A DNA stretch of 64,000 nucleotides, taken from contig JAVJWO010000195.1 of the NCBI GenBank assembly GCA_040222015.1, positions 64,001-128,000 of the forward strand, written 5' to 3'. This stretch comes from Coleofasciculus chthonoplastes F2-STO-03 (GTDB lineage: Bacteria > Cyanobacteriota > Cyanobacteriia > Cyanobacteriales > Coleofasciculaceae). Below, piece by piece: positions 28,446-38,814 of this stretch (position 1 is its first letter; the number at the start of each line of letters is the position of its first letter). Below the pieces are notes generated by a model. The model saw only the letters and a list, made by a program, of their open reading frames with translations. It was not told the origin of the DNA and did not search any database. Position numbers and translations under genes: made by a program.

Positions 28446-29591
28446 ATGACCAATGACCTATTGCTTTCCAGCTATAACTATGATCTGCCAGAGGGTCAGA
28501 TTGCTCAAACACCCATTTCTCCTAGAGATAGTTCTCTTTTGCTCGTGGTTCAGTCTCCAACTCATCACCAACACTTCATTTTCCGAAATTTACCTCAGTT
28601 ATTGCGTTCCGGCGACCTGTTGGTTTTGAATAATACCCGGGTGATCCCGGCTCGACTTTATGGGCGGAAGGTAACGGGTACGCCTGTGGAAGTGTTGTTG
28701 CTAGAGGAACGGGGACAGAACTGTTGGTTGGCATTGGTGAAACCGGGACGACGGCTAAAAGTGGGTTCAACGATAGTCTTTGAACCGGATCAACCTATCG
28801 TTCAAGCCAGTCATGGAAAGACTCCCCTATCTTCAGAGGATACAGAAACACCAAGACAGGACAATACAAAGAATAGATCTCCCCTGAAGGCAACAATTAT
28901 TGCCAGAGATGATGCAACCAGTGGGCGTCTATTGCAGTTTGACCTACCCAAGGGGGAGTCCCTAGTCACCCTGTTAGCCAACTATGGTCAAGTGCCTTTT
29001 CCGCCTTACATCACCCACTCTCAAGCCACACCCGATCAGTATCAAACCGTATACGCCCAAATCCCTGGTGCAGTAGCTGCGCCGACAGCCGGATTACATT
29101 TCACCCCTGAACTGTTGGAGAGGTGTCACATAAGCGGAATTGAGCAGGCGTCGATTACCTTGCATGTTGGTGTTGGCACATTTCGCCCAGTGGAGGTAGA
29201 AGATGTAACGAATCATCAAATGCATGGCGAGTGGTTGGAGATACCCCCTGCAACGGTGGCACAAATTCAGCAAACAAAAGCCGCCGGGGGGCGGGTGATT
29301 GCCGTTGGCACAACCGTGGTTAGGGCGTTGGAAGGGGCAGCGGCGAGTGGGGAATTGCAACCCTATTGCGGCAAAACCGAATTATTTATTTATCCGGGCT
29401 ATCAGTGGCAGGTGGTTGATGGGTTGATTACCAACTTTCACTTGCCCCGTTCCACGTTGTTGATGCTCGTAAGTGCATTGATTGGCAGAGAACGACTGTT
29501 GAAGTTGTATGCTGAAGCGATCGCGTATAATTATCGATTTTATTCCTTTGGTGATGCCATGCTGATTTTGCCAGAAGCTGTTAACCATTAA
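28446..29591 (+). CDS. queA: S-adenosylmethionine:tRNA ribosyltransferase-isomerase
   Basis: [44 protein letters not shown]. Confidence 0.97.
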   Translation: MTNDLLLSSYNYDLPEGQIAQTPISPRDSSLLLVVQSPTHHQHFIFRNLPQLLRSGDLLVLNNTRVIPARLYGRKVTGTPVEVLLLEERGQNCWLALVKPGRRLKVGSTIVFEPDQPIVQASHGKTPLSSEDTETPRQDNTKNRSPLKATIIARDDATSGRLLQFDLPKGESLVTLLANYGQVPFPPYITHSQATPDQYQTVYAQIPGAVAAPTAGLHFTPELLERCHISGIEQASITLHVGVGTFRPVEVEDVTNHQMHGEWLEIPPATVAQIQQTKAAGGRVIAVGTTVVRALEGAAASGELQPYCGKTELFIYPGYQWQVVDGLITNFHLPRSTLLMLVSALIGRERLLKLYAEAIAYNYRFYSFGDAMLILPEAVNH

Positions 29592-29698
29592 AGGGCAACC
29601 AATCGGGGAGTGAAATTGGCACTATTAAGTAGGATAAAACGCTATAAACCCTTTCCCCCGCCCACATTCTTTATTCAATTTCCCAATCGTCTTCTACC

Positions 29699-30982
29699 AT
29701 GTCTAAACATTACCATCTCCGCTTTGGACTTGCCGCCGCCGCGATCGCACTCAGTTTCCTGTCGGTTAGTCCCGCCTTGTCCGATAGTCTACCCAAGCGC
29801 CAGCACAGTAAGCAGTTAGTTGAGGGACTATACACGAATGACCTCGAAGCGGCGACATTTTTTCAACAAGGTGTCATGCGCTATAATCGCAGCGACTTCA
29901 AAACCGCCGAGTTAGCCTTTCGCAAAGCCCTCCAGGAAGATCCGTTTATCCCGATGGCACGGTATTTACTGGGGAATGCCCTGTTTCAGCAAGGTCAAAT
30001 TGACTCGGCGGCTGAACAATACCGCATGGCTATTGGTCTTGATCCGAATATGACAGAGGCGCATTACAATCTGGGCTTGATGTTATACCAGCAAGGCAAT
30101 ATCGAGGAAGCGATTAGTGCCTATCAACAGGCGATCGCGCTTGATCCCAATTTAGCCGCCGCTCGCTATAATTTGGGCTTAGCATTAGAAGCCCAAGGTG
30201 AGACCGAAGCAGCGCTGAGTGAATACACACAAGCCGTTCGCCTCAATCCCAACTCCGCTGTTGCTAAGTACAATTTGGCTTTACTCCTGGCAAAAGAGAA
30301 CCAAACAGATTCCGCGATCGCGGCACTACGGCAAGCCCTTCGCAACGATTCCCAATTCATACAAGCCCATTACCAACTAGGATTGCTGTTAGCTCAACAA
30401 AACCAGATTACTGAAGCCAAAAATTCTTTTCTCAGAGCAACTCAAATCAATTCACGATTTGCACCGGCTCACTATCGGCTGGGGCTAATTTTTCTGCAAC
30501 AAGGGGATGTAGAAGAAGCTATTCGTCGATTTAATTGGGTAACGCAGCTCGATCCAGACAATGTGGATGCTTACCGCCAATTGGGAGCCGCGCTGATTAA
30601 AAACAGGGAATACGAGAACGCGATCGCGGCACTGGAACGCGCCATATCACTCGATCCTTACGATTCGCTAGCGCACTACAATTTAGCAGTAGCGCTGCAT
30701 CGAAATCAGCAGTATGAGGACGCGATTTCCGAATATCAACAAGCCATTCTACTCAATCCAAAACTATCACTCGCGTTTTACAATATGGGAATTGCCCTCC
30801 AGCAAGTTGGACGGGGACAAGAGGCAGTTTCTTTCCTTTTAGAAGCGAGAAATTTGTTTATTGAAGAAGGTAATTTGGAGAAAATTGATGCGGTTAACCA
30901 GTATCTAACCCAACTGAATATTTCATCAAACCCATTGCCCAATTCATTCCAGCCAATGCCTGCAATAACCGCAGAACCTTAG
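29699..30982 (+). CDS. Secreted TPR-repeat protein
   Basis: Signal peptide; repeated 34-aa AHYNLG...A...Y..AI.LDP units. Confidence 0.93.
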   Translation: MSKHYHLRFGLAAAAIALSFLSVSPALSDSLPKRQHSKQLVEGLYTNDLEAATFFQQGVMRYNRSDFKTAELAFRKALQEDPFIPMARYLLGNALFQQGQIDSAAEQYRMAIGLDPNMTEAHYNLGLMLYQQGNIEEAISAYQQAIALDPNLAAARYNLGLALEAQGETEAALSEYTQAVRLNPNSAVAKYNLALLLAKENQTDSAIAALRQALRNDSQFIQAHYQLGLLLAQQNQITEAKNSFLRATQINSRFAPAHYRLGLIFLQQGDVEEAIRRFNWVTQLDPDNVDAYRQLGAALIKNREYENAIAALERAISLDPYDSLAHYNLAVALHRNQQYEDAISEYQQAILLNPKLSLAFYNMGIALQQVGRGQEAVSFLLEARNLFIEEGNLEKIDAVNQYLTQLNISSNPLPNSFQPMPAITAEP

Positions 30983-31182
30983 TCAACTTAACGGTTAACT
31001 GAGCGGTTGTAGACGTGGAGGTAACCGGAGCCGACTCCCTTGGCTGAGACGGGAAGAAAACATCAGATTTTAGCTTTAGCTAGGTTTGAGTAAGTTTTTC
31101 GGAGCAGTCCTACGCTAGATAGTGTTGCTTGCGCTAGATTGTACTGTTATATAAAGACTGCCAGTACCTTGGAGTGTCATTC

Positions 31183-32766
31183 ATGTCCGTAGAATCCGCT
31201 ATCAGCGAAGCTGCCATTGAGCAGAATCTGGAACAATTTCTCTTGGTGCTGTCGGTGTCTCTGAGTGTCGCCACGGTTTCCCGGATTTTTCCGTTGTTCC
31301 GCAAAATCCCTTATACCTTACTTCTGGTTATTGTCGGCTTAGGTTTAGCCTTTGTAGATGTGCGCCTGGTGAACCTATCCCCCGAACTGATTCTAGAGAT
31401 TTTCCTTCCCCCCCTCCTCTTTGAAGCAGCCTGGAATATCCGTTGGCGGGATTTGCGGCGGGATTTAATCCCGGTGATTCTGTTTGCAGTGGTAGGGGTG
31501 GTGATTTCGGTGCTGGGAATTGCCTTTACCATTACCCAATTCACCGAATTACCCCTAGCGCTCGCATTATTAGTCAGCGCGAGTCTAGCCGCAACTGATC
31601 CGGTATCAGTAATCGCCCTATTCCGGGAACTGGGTGCGGATAAACGCCTGAAAACCCTCATGGAGGGGGAAAGCTTATTTAATGATGGTGTCGCCGTCGT
31701 CGCCTTTCTCTTATTAGTCGGTATTCCCCTCGGTACGCAGGAATTTTCCCTATCCACCACAGTTGCCCAATTCTTTACCTTTATCGGAATTGGTATCGGT
31801 GTCGGTTGCTTAATCGGGTTTGGTATTTCCTTTCTTACCCAACGCTTTGATTTACCCCTCGTCGAACAATCCCTGACGTTAGTCTCTGCCTATGGCACCT
31901 ACCTGATTACCGAAGAACTCGGTGGTTCTGGGGTAATTGGCGTAGTAACTGTGGGGTTAGTTCTGGGAAACTTTGGTTCCCGGATTGGCATGAACCCCCG
32001 TACCCGCTTAATTGTCTCTGAATTCTGGGATTTTCTGGCATTTTTTGTCAACTCAATTGTCTTTCTCCTCATTGGTGACCAAATCGATTTTTCCCGCTTG
32101 GGACAAAACCTAGACTTAATTGGGGTTACCATTGGAGCCCTTCTCTTCACCCGCGCTATCTCAATTTACGGCTTAGCGACGATTAGTAATGGACTCGCCA
32201 AGTCCAACATAGGTTGGCGACAGCAAACGGTGTTGTGGTGGGGTGGATTACGGGGTTCAGTTTCCATTGCCCTAGCCTTAAGTGTTCCGGTGAGTTTGGA
32301 GGGACGACAAGATATTATTGTTACGGTTTTTGGCGTGGTACTGTTTACGCTCTTAGTTGAGGGGTTAACTACTCAATTCCTTCTGGAAAAACTGGATTTA
32401 ATTGGGGATCAACCCGTGCGTCATAAATATTCTGAGGCAATCGCTCGTCGTGTTGCACTAAATCGAGTAAAAAACTACTTAGAGTCAGCAACGACTAACA
32501 ACGAAATGAATTCAGAATTTTGTCAGTACCAGATAAAACTTGTTGATGGTCAGCTCGAAACTATTCAAACTGAGCTTGAGAAATTACTCCATCACCATCC
32601 CCAGTTACAAAGCTTGGACATGGAACAACTGCAAGAACAAATGGTCAATATTGAGGCGGATACCTATGCTGAATTTATCCGTGCTGGACGTTTAACCGAA
32701 AACCTCTCACCCCTACTCCAGGAAGCCTTAATTGAAGCTGATGAAAAGCTGATTGAGAGTGACTAA
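31183..32766 (+). CDS. CPA1-family Na+/H+ antiporter
   Basis: FLPPLLFEAA, ATDPVSV, EGESLFNDG, GGLRG. Confidence 0.95.
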   Translation: MSVESAISEAAIEQNLEQFLLVLSVSLSVATVSRIFPLFRKIPYTLLLVIVGLGLAFVDVRLVNLSPELILEIFLPPLLFEAAWNIRWRDLRRDLIPVILFAVVGVVISVLGIAFTITQFTELPLALALLVSASLAATDPVSVIALFRELGADKRLKTLMEGESLFNDGVAVVAFLLLVGIPLGTQEFSLSTTVAQFFTFIGIGIGVGCLIGFGISFLTQRFDLPLVEQSLTLVSAYGTYLITEELGGSGVIGVVTVGLVLGNFGSRIGMNPRTRLIVSEFWDFLAFFVNSIVFLLIGDQIDFSRLGQNLDLIGVTIGALLFTRAISIYGLATISNGLAKSNIGWRQQTVLWWGGLRGSVSIALALSVPVSLEGRQDIIVTVFGVVLFTLLVEGLTTQFLLEKLDLIGDQPVRHKYSEAIARRVALNRVKNYLESATTNNEMNSEFCQYQIKLVDGQLETIQTELEKLLHHHPQLQSLDMEQLQEQMVNIEADTYAEFIRAGRLTENLSPLLQEALIEADEKLIESD

Positions 32767-33008
32767 TACCGGATTGTTCCAGACGCGCCATGGCGCGTCT
32801 GGAACAACAGTTCGTTTGTCCTAATCGATGTGTCTACTGCTATAATACCCAATTTAAATGCATTACAGCTTATTCCCAGAAACCGGGTTTCTCGTAAGGA
32901 AGCAACAAATATCGGCATTTCACCAAAGAAACCGAGTTTCTTGACCGAAGTTCTACATAATTAAAGATGTTTGCACTTGCCCCAGGTTTAACTTTCCATA
33001 CTGAAATT

Positions 33009-33413
33009 ATGAAACGTAAACTTTTTATTGTAACGCTCTTCTTCGTGATTTGTTGCGTCCTTCCAGCTCAAGCGGAAAATTTGCCAACACTTGCTCAGAG
33101 TAGCGTTGACACTCAAGAACCAATCCAGTTGCCGTTAAAGTCGTACTTTCTAAACGTTTTAGCAGGGGGATCACGACAATCGATTCAGCTTGATTCACCA
33201 GCAACGCAACTGATTATTTATGTTCAGCGAGGAGAAAAGCCGATTCGCTGTGGTGATTGTATGAAAACCTATAATTGTACTCCAGGAAAGCCGCTAACAA
33301 TTAACGTCGATCCCACTACACCCATTAAAAAAATTTGGGCAGAGAATCCTTATGAGAAACAGGTGCGCCTACGCCTCGATGTTCTTGAAGAATTGACATC
33401 CTCACCGGACTGA
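33009..33413 (+). CDS. Secreted hypothetical protein
   Basis: MKRK + hydrophobic + AQA signal peptide. Confidence 0.65.
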   Translation: MKRKLFIVTLFFVICCVLPAQAENLPTLAQSSVDTQEPIQLPLKSYFLNVLAGGSRQSIQLDSPATQLIIYVQRGEKPIRCGDCMKTYNCTPGKPLTINVDPTTPIKKIWAENPYEKQVRLRLDVLEELTSSPD

Positions 33414-33464
33414 AATCACGGTGATTTCCCAGCAATCGAATAGCTGCTAAAGGATTTGATAGAA

Positions 33465-34133
33465 TCAACCAATCCGGTTTGATGCTAGTTTATCAGCCCA
33501 ACGGGTTGTTTCCGGTAATCGATATTTTGGAGTGCAGCGCATGACATAATCGATCGCAGTGGGTAAGCTGATCCGATGACCCGGAGAAACATAGAGAGGT
33601 TTCACGCCAGTACGCGATCGCACGACAGCGCCAATCACCTCTCCCCGATGTCGCAAGGGTTGCCAATTCCCCTTCTCTGGGGGTAATTCCTCATACTGAC
33701 CAATTAATCGCGACTTCGCTACCCCAATCGTAGGTACTGTAATCAATAATCCTAAATGACAAGCCAAACCAAATCGCCGGGGATGGGCAATTCCTTGACC
33801 ATCACACAAGATTAAATCAGGAGTTATTTTAATCTGAGATAGGGCATCTAGTACCACAGGAACTTCCCGAAACGAGAGAAACCCTGGAATATAGGGAAAG
33901 TTGGTTGGGCGGCGTGCGATCGCCTGTTCGATGAGTTGCAGTTCGGGAAAACTCAGTACCGCAACGGCGGCGCGGGAAATCGCGTAATTGTCTTCAAAAC
34001 CAACATCCACACCCGCGACATAGTTGACCTCACCCAACTGATCAGAGGTAATAATTTCACCACTGAGTTGGTTTTGGATCGCCGTCGCTTCCTCAACCGT
34101 TAGAGTCCACGAGTGGCGTTGATAAATTTCCAT
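33465..34133 (-). CDS. nfi: Endonuclease V
   Basis: VAGVDV, PYIPGFLSFRE, CDGQGIAHPRRFGLACH, RLPETTR. Confidence 0.96.
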   Translation of the reverse strand: MEIYQRHSWTLTVEEATAIQNQLSGEIITSDQLGEVNYVAGVDVGFEDNYAISRAAVAVLSFPELQLIEQAIARRPTNFPYIPGFLSFREVPVVLDALSQIKITPDLILCDGQGIAHPRRFGLACHLGLLITVPTIGVAKSRLIGQYEELPPEKGNWQPLRHRGEVIGAVVRSRTGVKPLYVSPGHRISLPTAIDYVMRCTPKYRLPETTRWADKLASNRIG

Positions 34134-34240
34134 GTTGATAATTACTAAGTCGTCGGACAAAAGAAAACAGCACACCCACGCTTGTTTTGTCAACAAGCCG
34201 CAAACTCTTACAAATGACAAATGACAAATGACAATCCTAT

Positions 34241-36406
34241 TTAGTCTTGAAACACCATAATTGTCCCCGAATAACACGCCACCCAAACCTGATTCGTTTC
34301 TGGATCATACGTAATTCCAATCGGATTAGCATTCGTATTCACCGTTTGCTGAATTGACATATCGCTGGTACGCACTTTACTCATGGTATTTGAGTGATAA
34401 TTCACCACATACAGAAATTCACCATTATCGGATATATCCATGCTGCGGGGTGCATTCCCGGTGGCAACTTTGCGTAAAACCTTGCCTGTAAATAAATCAA
34501 TTTTAGCCACCGTTCCTTCCCCATTTAACGTGGCGTAGAGATACTGACCACCTGGATCAATACTTAAATGACGCGGTGAATTACCAATATTTTTCAGCCA
34601 GTCGAGTGAGAAATCATTGAGATCGACAACAGCAATATCATAAGCACCCATCACCGCCACATAGGCTTTTTGGGACGCCGCATCAACCGCAATTCCACGG
34701 GGATATCGACCCAATTTAATCCGCCGAACTTCCTGATTTTGCTGAATATCGACAACACTTAAATCCCAACTACACCAATTACTGACTAGGGCAAATCGAT
34801 TATCGGGGCTAGTGGCGACAAATTTAGGCACAGAACCGACTTCAATCACTTGGTCAATCGCTAAACTATCGGTACTGATGCGATACAAAAAACTATTGTC
34901 TGTTTTTTGCGAGGGGCTACATTTGTCACTTCCTGGATTATTAAATCCTGAACCATACATCTGGTAATTAGACACCCAGGCATATTTGCCATTATCGGAA
35001 AAGGCGGCTTCTACAGGAGATCCTTTATAGGTTCCACTCCCTTTGGAATGCCCGTATTTCTCCAAATTCACGGCATCGGCAATCGTTTTGACCAAATTAT
35101 ACTGGCGGTCATACACCGTAATCGTATGACTGTACATCATATTCTGGGCAAAAAATAAACCCCGACCTGAATGCACAATAGATTTGGGGGAAATTTTGCC
35201 AGAAATGGTTTGTTTTAGCGTCATCTGGCTGGACTGACGTTGCTCATCGTTCTTTTTTTTTTCGCTATCTTCGTTAATAAAAGAGTCCTGTTCCGAAGGA
35301 GTGGTGTCGTAATTTTCTTGCGGTTCGATGAATGAATCCTGATTAAAGGGACTATCCTGGGAATTTTCCGTCGATGTTGAGAACGAGTCTTGATTCAATT
35401 CCCCAGTTGGAGACTCAATCGGGGATGGTGTTGTTGTGGGAGAGGATAATTCTAATGTCGCTTTGGTATTAGCACCAACCATCCCATCCACGGTTAATCC
35501 CCTGGCTTTTTGATATTGAATTACCGCATTTTCGGTTAGGTTGCCATAATACCCCGTGATTGGTCCGTCATAATACCCCTGTGCTTGTAATGTTCTCTGT
35601 AGCGCCATCACATCTGAATTGCGACTCCCTCGCTTGAGAACTAAACCAGGATTCGCGAATCCCATGCGATCCTCTGTCGCTTCCGTTGAGGGGGCAGTTT
35701 GTGAGGCGGATGACGCTGGAGTCGATTCTAAAGCAGCACGGGTTTTAGGTCCAGCAATCCCATCTACGGTTAATCCCTTGGCTTTTTGCAGTTGAATCAC
35801 AGCAGATTGGGTCGTTGAACCGTAGTATCCGGTAATCGGTCCATTAAAATAGCCAGCCACTTGTAAATTTCGCTGAAGAGAGGCGACTTGAGAAGTGCGA
35901 TCGCCTCGTTGGAGAATAAAATTGGGTCGGGCAGATATTAGAGGTTTCTCCGGTTCTGGTATGGGTGACTCAAACTCTAGAGGTGTATCAAGACTCGCAT
36001 CCGTTGCTGCGGCGGAGTCAGACTCTAATGTGGCGGTGGTATTCGTCCCAACGATACCATCTGGACTAAGTCCGTTGGCTTGTTGAAACTGGATAACAGC
36101 GGCTTCGGTTAAGGGTCCATAGTACCCGGTAATCGGTCCATTAAAGTACCCCTCAGCTTGCAGCGTTTTCTGAAGAGTCGTCACCTCAGCCCCACTATTT
36201 CCTTTCCGCAACGCTAAAACGGGACTAGCTAGGCTAACAATAAACAGCGCCATGCTTAAGAAGATAAAGGGAATCCAAGCCGCACTCAGGCGCTTTTTCG
36301 GGTCGAGTTCTGGGATGAATAAGCTGGAACTGGCGGGGGGTTGGGGTTCAGAGGGTGCCAATGCTTCATCCGTGACTGTCAAATGAAGGGAGGCAGGGTT
36401 TTCCAT
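34241..36406 (-). CDS. Three peptidoglycan-binding domains fused to a YVTN-type beta-propeller
   Basis: Three LQxxLxxxGY..GPITGYYG..T..AV...Q...GLxxDGIxG units; C-terminal propeller repeats. Confidence 0.88.
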   Translation of the reverse strand: MENPASLHLTVTDEALAPSEPQPPASSSLFIPELDPKKRLSAAWIPFIFLSMALFIVSLASPVLALRKGNSGAEVTTLQKTLQAEGYFNGPITGYYGPLTEAAVIQFQQANGLSPDGIVGTNTTATLESDSAAATDASLDTPLEFESPIPEPEKPLISARPNFILQRGDRTSQVASLQRNLQVAGYFNGPITGYYGSTTQSAVIQLQKAKGLTVDGIAGPKTRAALESTPASSASQTAPSTEATEDRMGFANPGLVLKRGSRNSDVMALQRTLQAQGYYDGPITGYYGNLTENAVIQYQKARGLTVDGMVGANTKATLELSSPTTTPSPIESPTGELNQDSFSTSTENSQDSPFNQDSFIEPQENYDTTPSEQDSFINEDSEKKKNDEQRQSSQMTLKQTISGKISPKSIVHSGRGLFFAQNMMYSHTITVYDRQYNLVKTIADAVNLEKYGHSKGSGTYKGSPVEAAFSDNGKYAWVSNYQMYGSGFNNPGSDKCSPSQKTDNSFLYRISTDSLAIDQVIEVGSVPKFVATSPDNRFALVSNWCSWDLSVVDIQQNQEVRRIKLGRYPRGIAVDAASQKAYVAVMGAYDIAVVDLNDFSLDWLKNIGNSPRHLSIDPGGQYLYATLNGEGTVAKIDLFTGKVLRKVATGNAPRSMDISDNGEFLYVVNYHSNTMSKVRTSDMSIQQTVNTNANPIGITYDPETNQVWVACYSGTIMVFQD

Positions 36407-36908
36407 AGTTCTCTATTTTTTTAGCGCATTCTTCGCTATCCTATACCAGGGACTTTGACAAGGGCTACCGTTGAACTAGCAATTAGACAAATTACTAGGC
36501 GCGATCGCATTGATCATTTAGAATATATAAAGGTCATCACGCTACCTTTCCCTTTAGAAATTACTGCTGCATCATACCAACCGCCTGCAAACATCTCTAA
36601 ACCCAACAGGCAAGGCGGTCAAGGGAAATTTTAGTGGGTCTGTTACTTCTACCCTCCAGTCCTGAGTCTAAAAGCTAGTCTGGACAATGCTTTCAGTCAT
36701 CGATGCGACTGAAAAGCTTTTATAGAGAAAATTAGCAAACTTGAATCCATTAACCGTATTAGTGTGATTCAAGTTACATCAGTGGAGTGCAACCAATTAC
36801 CCTAACCAACGGGAATTATCACGTTACCGTTAATCTACCTATCACAATGCACGACCTTAAAATCGTGGATACTAAAAATTAGTTTCTTTCCATGAGGGGA
36901 CTTTTCTT

Positions 36909-37457
36909 ATGCAAATGCAAAATACCCTAGAGCAACTCCCTGAAGGCGGAATGGGCATCAAAATTATTTCCCAGATAGCCGATGAGATCAGGTATATTCG
37001 CACCCGAGACCATAAAAATTGTTTGTTCATCAGCAAAGTCTATGACCAAGAACCTGTTAAACTATTACCGAAATGCCACCAAAAAAATTTATTTTCTCGG
37101 TTAGTTTGTGTCTGCCGCCGCTTGATTTTGACTCTGGTCAATTCCTATCGCAGAAACCGGGCGAAGTCTCGTTATAGAAACCTGAGGCTTACCGTCAATA
37201 GCGACCTAAATTCGGTAGAACAAATTTTAGAGTGGTATGGGCAGCTTCAGCATTTACCCATTCCTCAACAGGTTTGGCAATTAGGTCAAATCGCTCTAGT
37301 TGAGGCATTTACGAATGTTGTTCGTCACGCCCACAAAGGCTTATCTAAATCTACTCCCGTTGACTTGGAAATCACTGTATCAAATCACCGTTTAGATATG
37401 AAAATTTGGGATTATGGACAGCCCTTTGATTTAGAATCCAAATTGAAAGAACTTTAG
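36909..37457 (+). CDS. RsbW/SpoIIAB-like anti-sigma ATPase with permuted motif order
   Basis: N-box EAFTNVVRHAH and G1 WDYGQPFD in the C-terminal half; G2-like EGGMGIKII at the N-terminus. Confidence 0.8.
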   Translation: MQMQNTLEQLPEGGMGIKIISQIADEIRYIRTRDHKNCLFISKVYDQEPVKLLPKCHQKNLFSRLVCVCRRLILTLVNSYRRNRAKSRYRNLRLTVNSDLNSVEQILEWYGQLQHLPIPQQVWQLGQIALVEAFTNVVRHAHKGLSKSTPVDLEITVSNHRLDMKIWDYGQPFDLESKLKEL

Positions 37458-37726
37458 CTGAAAAACATTTGGGTCATTGAGAGTCCCCTAGGGTTTTCTT
37501 CTTGAAACGTTGTTTCTCCCTTAATCATGAATCCTGAACAGATGACAGACAAACCTGTTCAGGGTAAAAGATTAGGAATATACTCTTGCCGTATGAGTTT
37601 AGCCGCTAAGTCTCGCCTAGCAACTGTGCTTTCCTAGTCCCCCGTTTCTGAAGAGATAAGTAAAATCATGCTTGTACTATCTCATCAATGATAGTATCGT
37701 TGTGGCAGGGTGACTCCTAGAGAAAG

Positions 37727-38194
37727 ATGCAACGATTGAAAAAATTACTCCTTCTATTCAAAAATTCTTGTGGGGACAACTCATTTCTGAGTGCGATTGA
37801 ACAGGTTGAGGGCATTGTCTCCAAGATTTTGTCCATAGTGATGATTGCTGTCATCTTGGTGGCAATGTTCGATCTGATTATCGTTCTCTCCCAACAATTG
37901 CTGGTTGAACCCTTCGGTTTCTTTAATGAAAACTTGTTTGAAATTTTTGGGCTATTTTTAAATGTTCTGATTGCCCTGGAAATTCTGGAAAACATTACTG
38001 CCTATCTGCGTAAGCATGTTGTTCAAGTTGAACTTGTTATCGTCACCTCCCTAATAGCCGTTGCCCGTAAAATTATCATTCTCAACCTTGACAAAACGGG
38101 AGGCATTGAAATTATTGGTTTAGCCCTGGCTATTCTATCACTCTCGATCAGTTATTGGATTATCCGCCGCACTACGCCGAAAAAACCTTATTGA
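37727..38194 (+). CDS. PsiE-family membrane protein
   Basis: LIALEILENITAYL...TSLIAVARKIII. Confidence 0.88.
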   Translation: MQRLKKLLLLFKNSCGDNSFLSAIEQVEGIVSKILSIVMIAVILVAMFDLIIVLSQQLLVEPFGFFNENLFEIFGLFLNVLIALEILENITAYLRKHVVQVELVIVTSLIAVARKIIILNLDKTGGIEIIGLALAILSLSISYWIIRRTTPKKPY

Positions 38195-38262
38195 ATTTGT
38201 CATTCGTCATATCATGTCAGCCTAAACAGTTATCATTTCCTTACATAATTGTGATTTAAACT

Positions 38263-38715
38263 ATGACTCACTTCTTCCAATTTGAGCAAGATTTCGTCGA
38301 TTCCTTACGCTGCATCCCTATGCAGGTACGAATGAAATTAGACACCTGTGGCGTCAAACTTAAATTAGCCCACTGGCATCAATTCACCCAGCAAGAACGT
38401 CAGACGTTAGTGGAAATGCCCACAACCACAGCCCAAGAAAGCCAAGCTTATCGGCAGTACTTACAAAACTTGGTGACGAACTATACAGATCAATCTGCCT
38501 CAGAACTGGCTATTGATCCTAATCCAGCCTGGATGGATGCGACGATAATTCCTGAGGATGTTCAAACGAAAGCCCAAGAATTTGACGTTTCCCTCATGCC
38601 TGAACAGTGGGAAGCCCTAACTCCCACCCAGCGCTTTGCCCTAATTAAACTGACGCGCCCTAGTCATGAAAACCGAAACTTTTTGCCTGCACTTAAAGAA
38701 TTTAAAATTATCTAA
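38263..38715 (+). CDS. narM: Nitrate reductase-associated protein
   Basis: FQFEQDFVDSLRCIPMQVRMKLDTCGVKL; QRFALIKLTRPSHENRNF. Confidence 0.9.
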   Translation: MTHFFQFEQDFVDSLRCIPMQVRMKLDTCGVKLKLAHWHQFTQQERQTLVEMPTTTAQESQAYRQYLQNLVTNYTDQSASELAIDPNPAWMDATIIPEDVQTKAQEFDVSLMPEQWEALTPTQRFALIKLTRPSHENRNFLPALKEFKII

Positions 38716-38814
38716 GTAAATCGTCATTTGTCATTTGTCATTTGCTTGGGCTCTGAGCGTAAGCCGAAGAGTCATTTGTCATTGCTCACTGTTCCCTGAA
38801 AATTCATAATGCCC

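Noticed and set aside
33465..34286. Extended N-termini in the ORF track for nfi, smpB, the BlaI regulator, tnpA and gifB
   Set aside because: The extensions run through repeats, promoters or neighbouring genes; downstream ATGs match the family N-termini.
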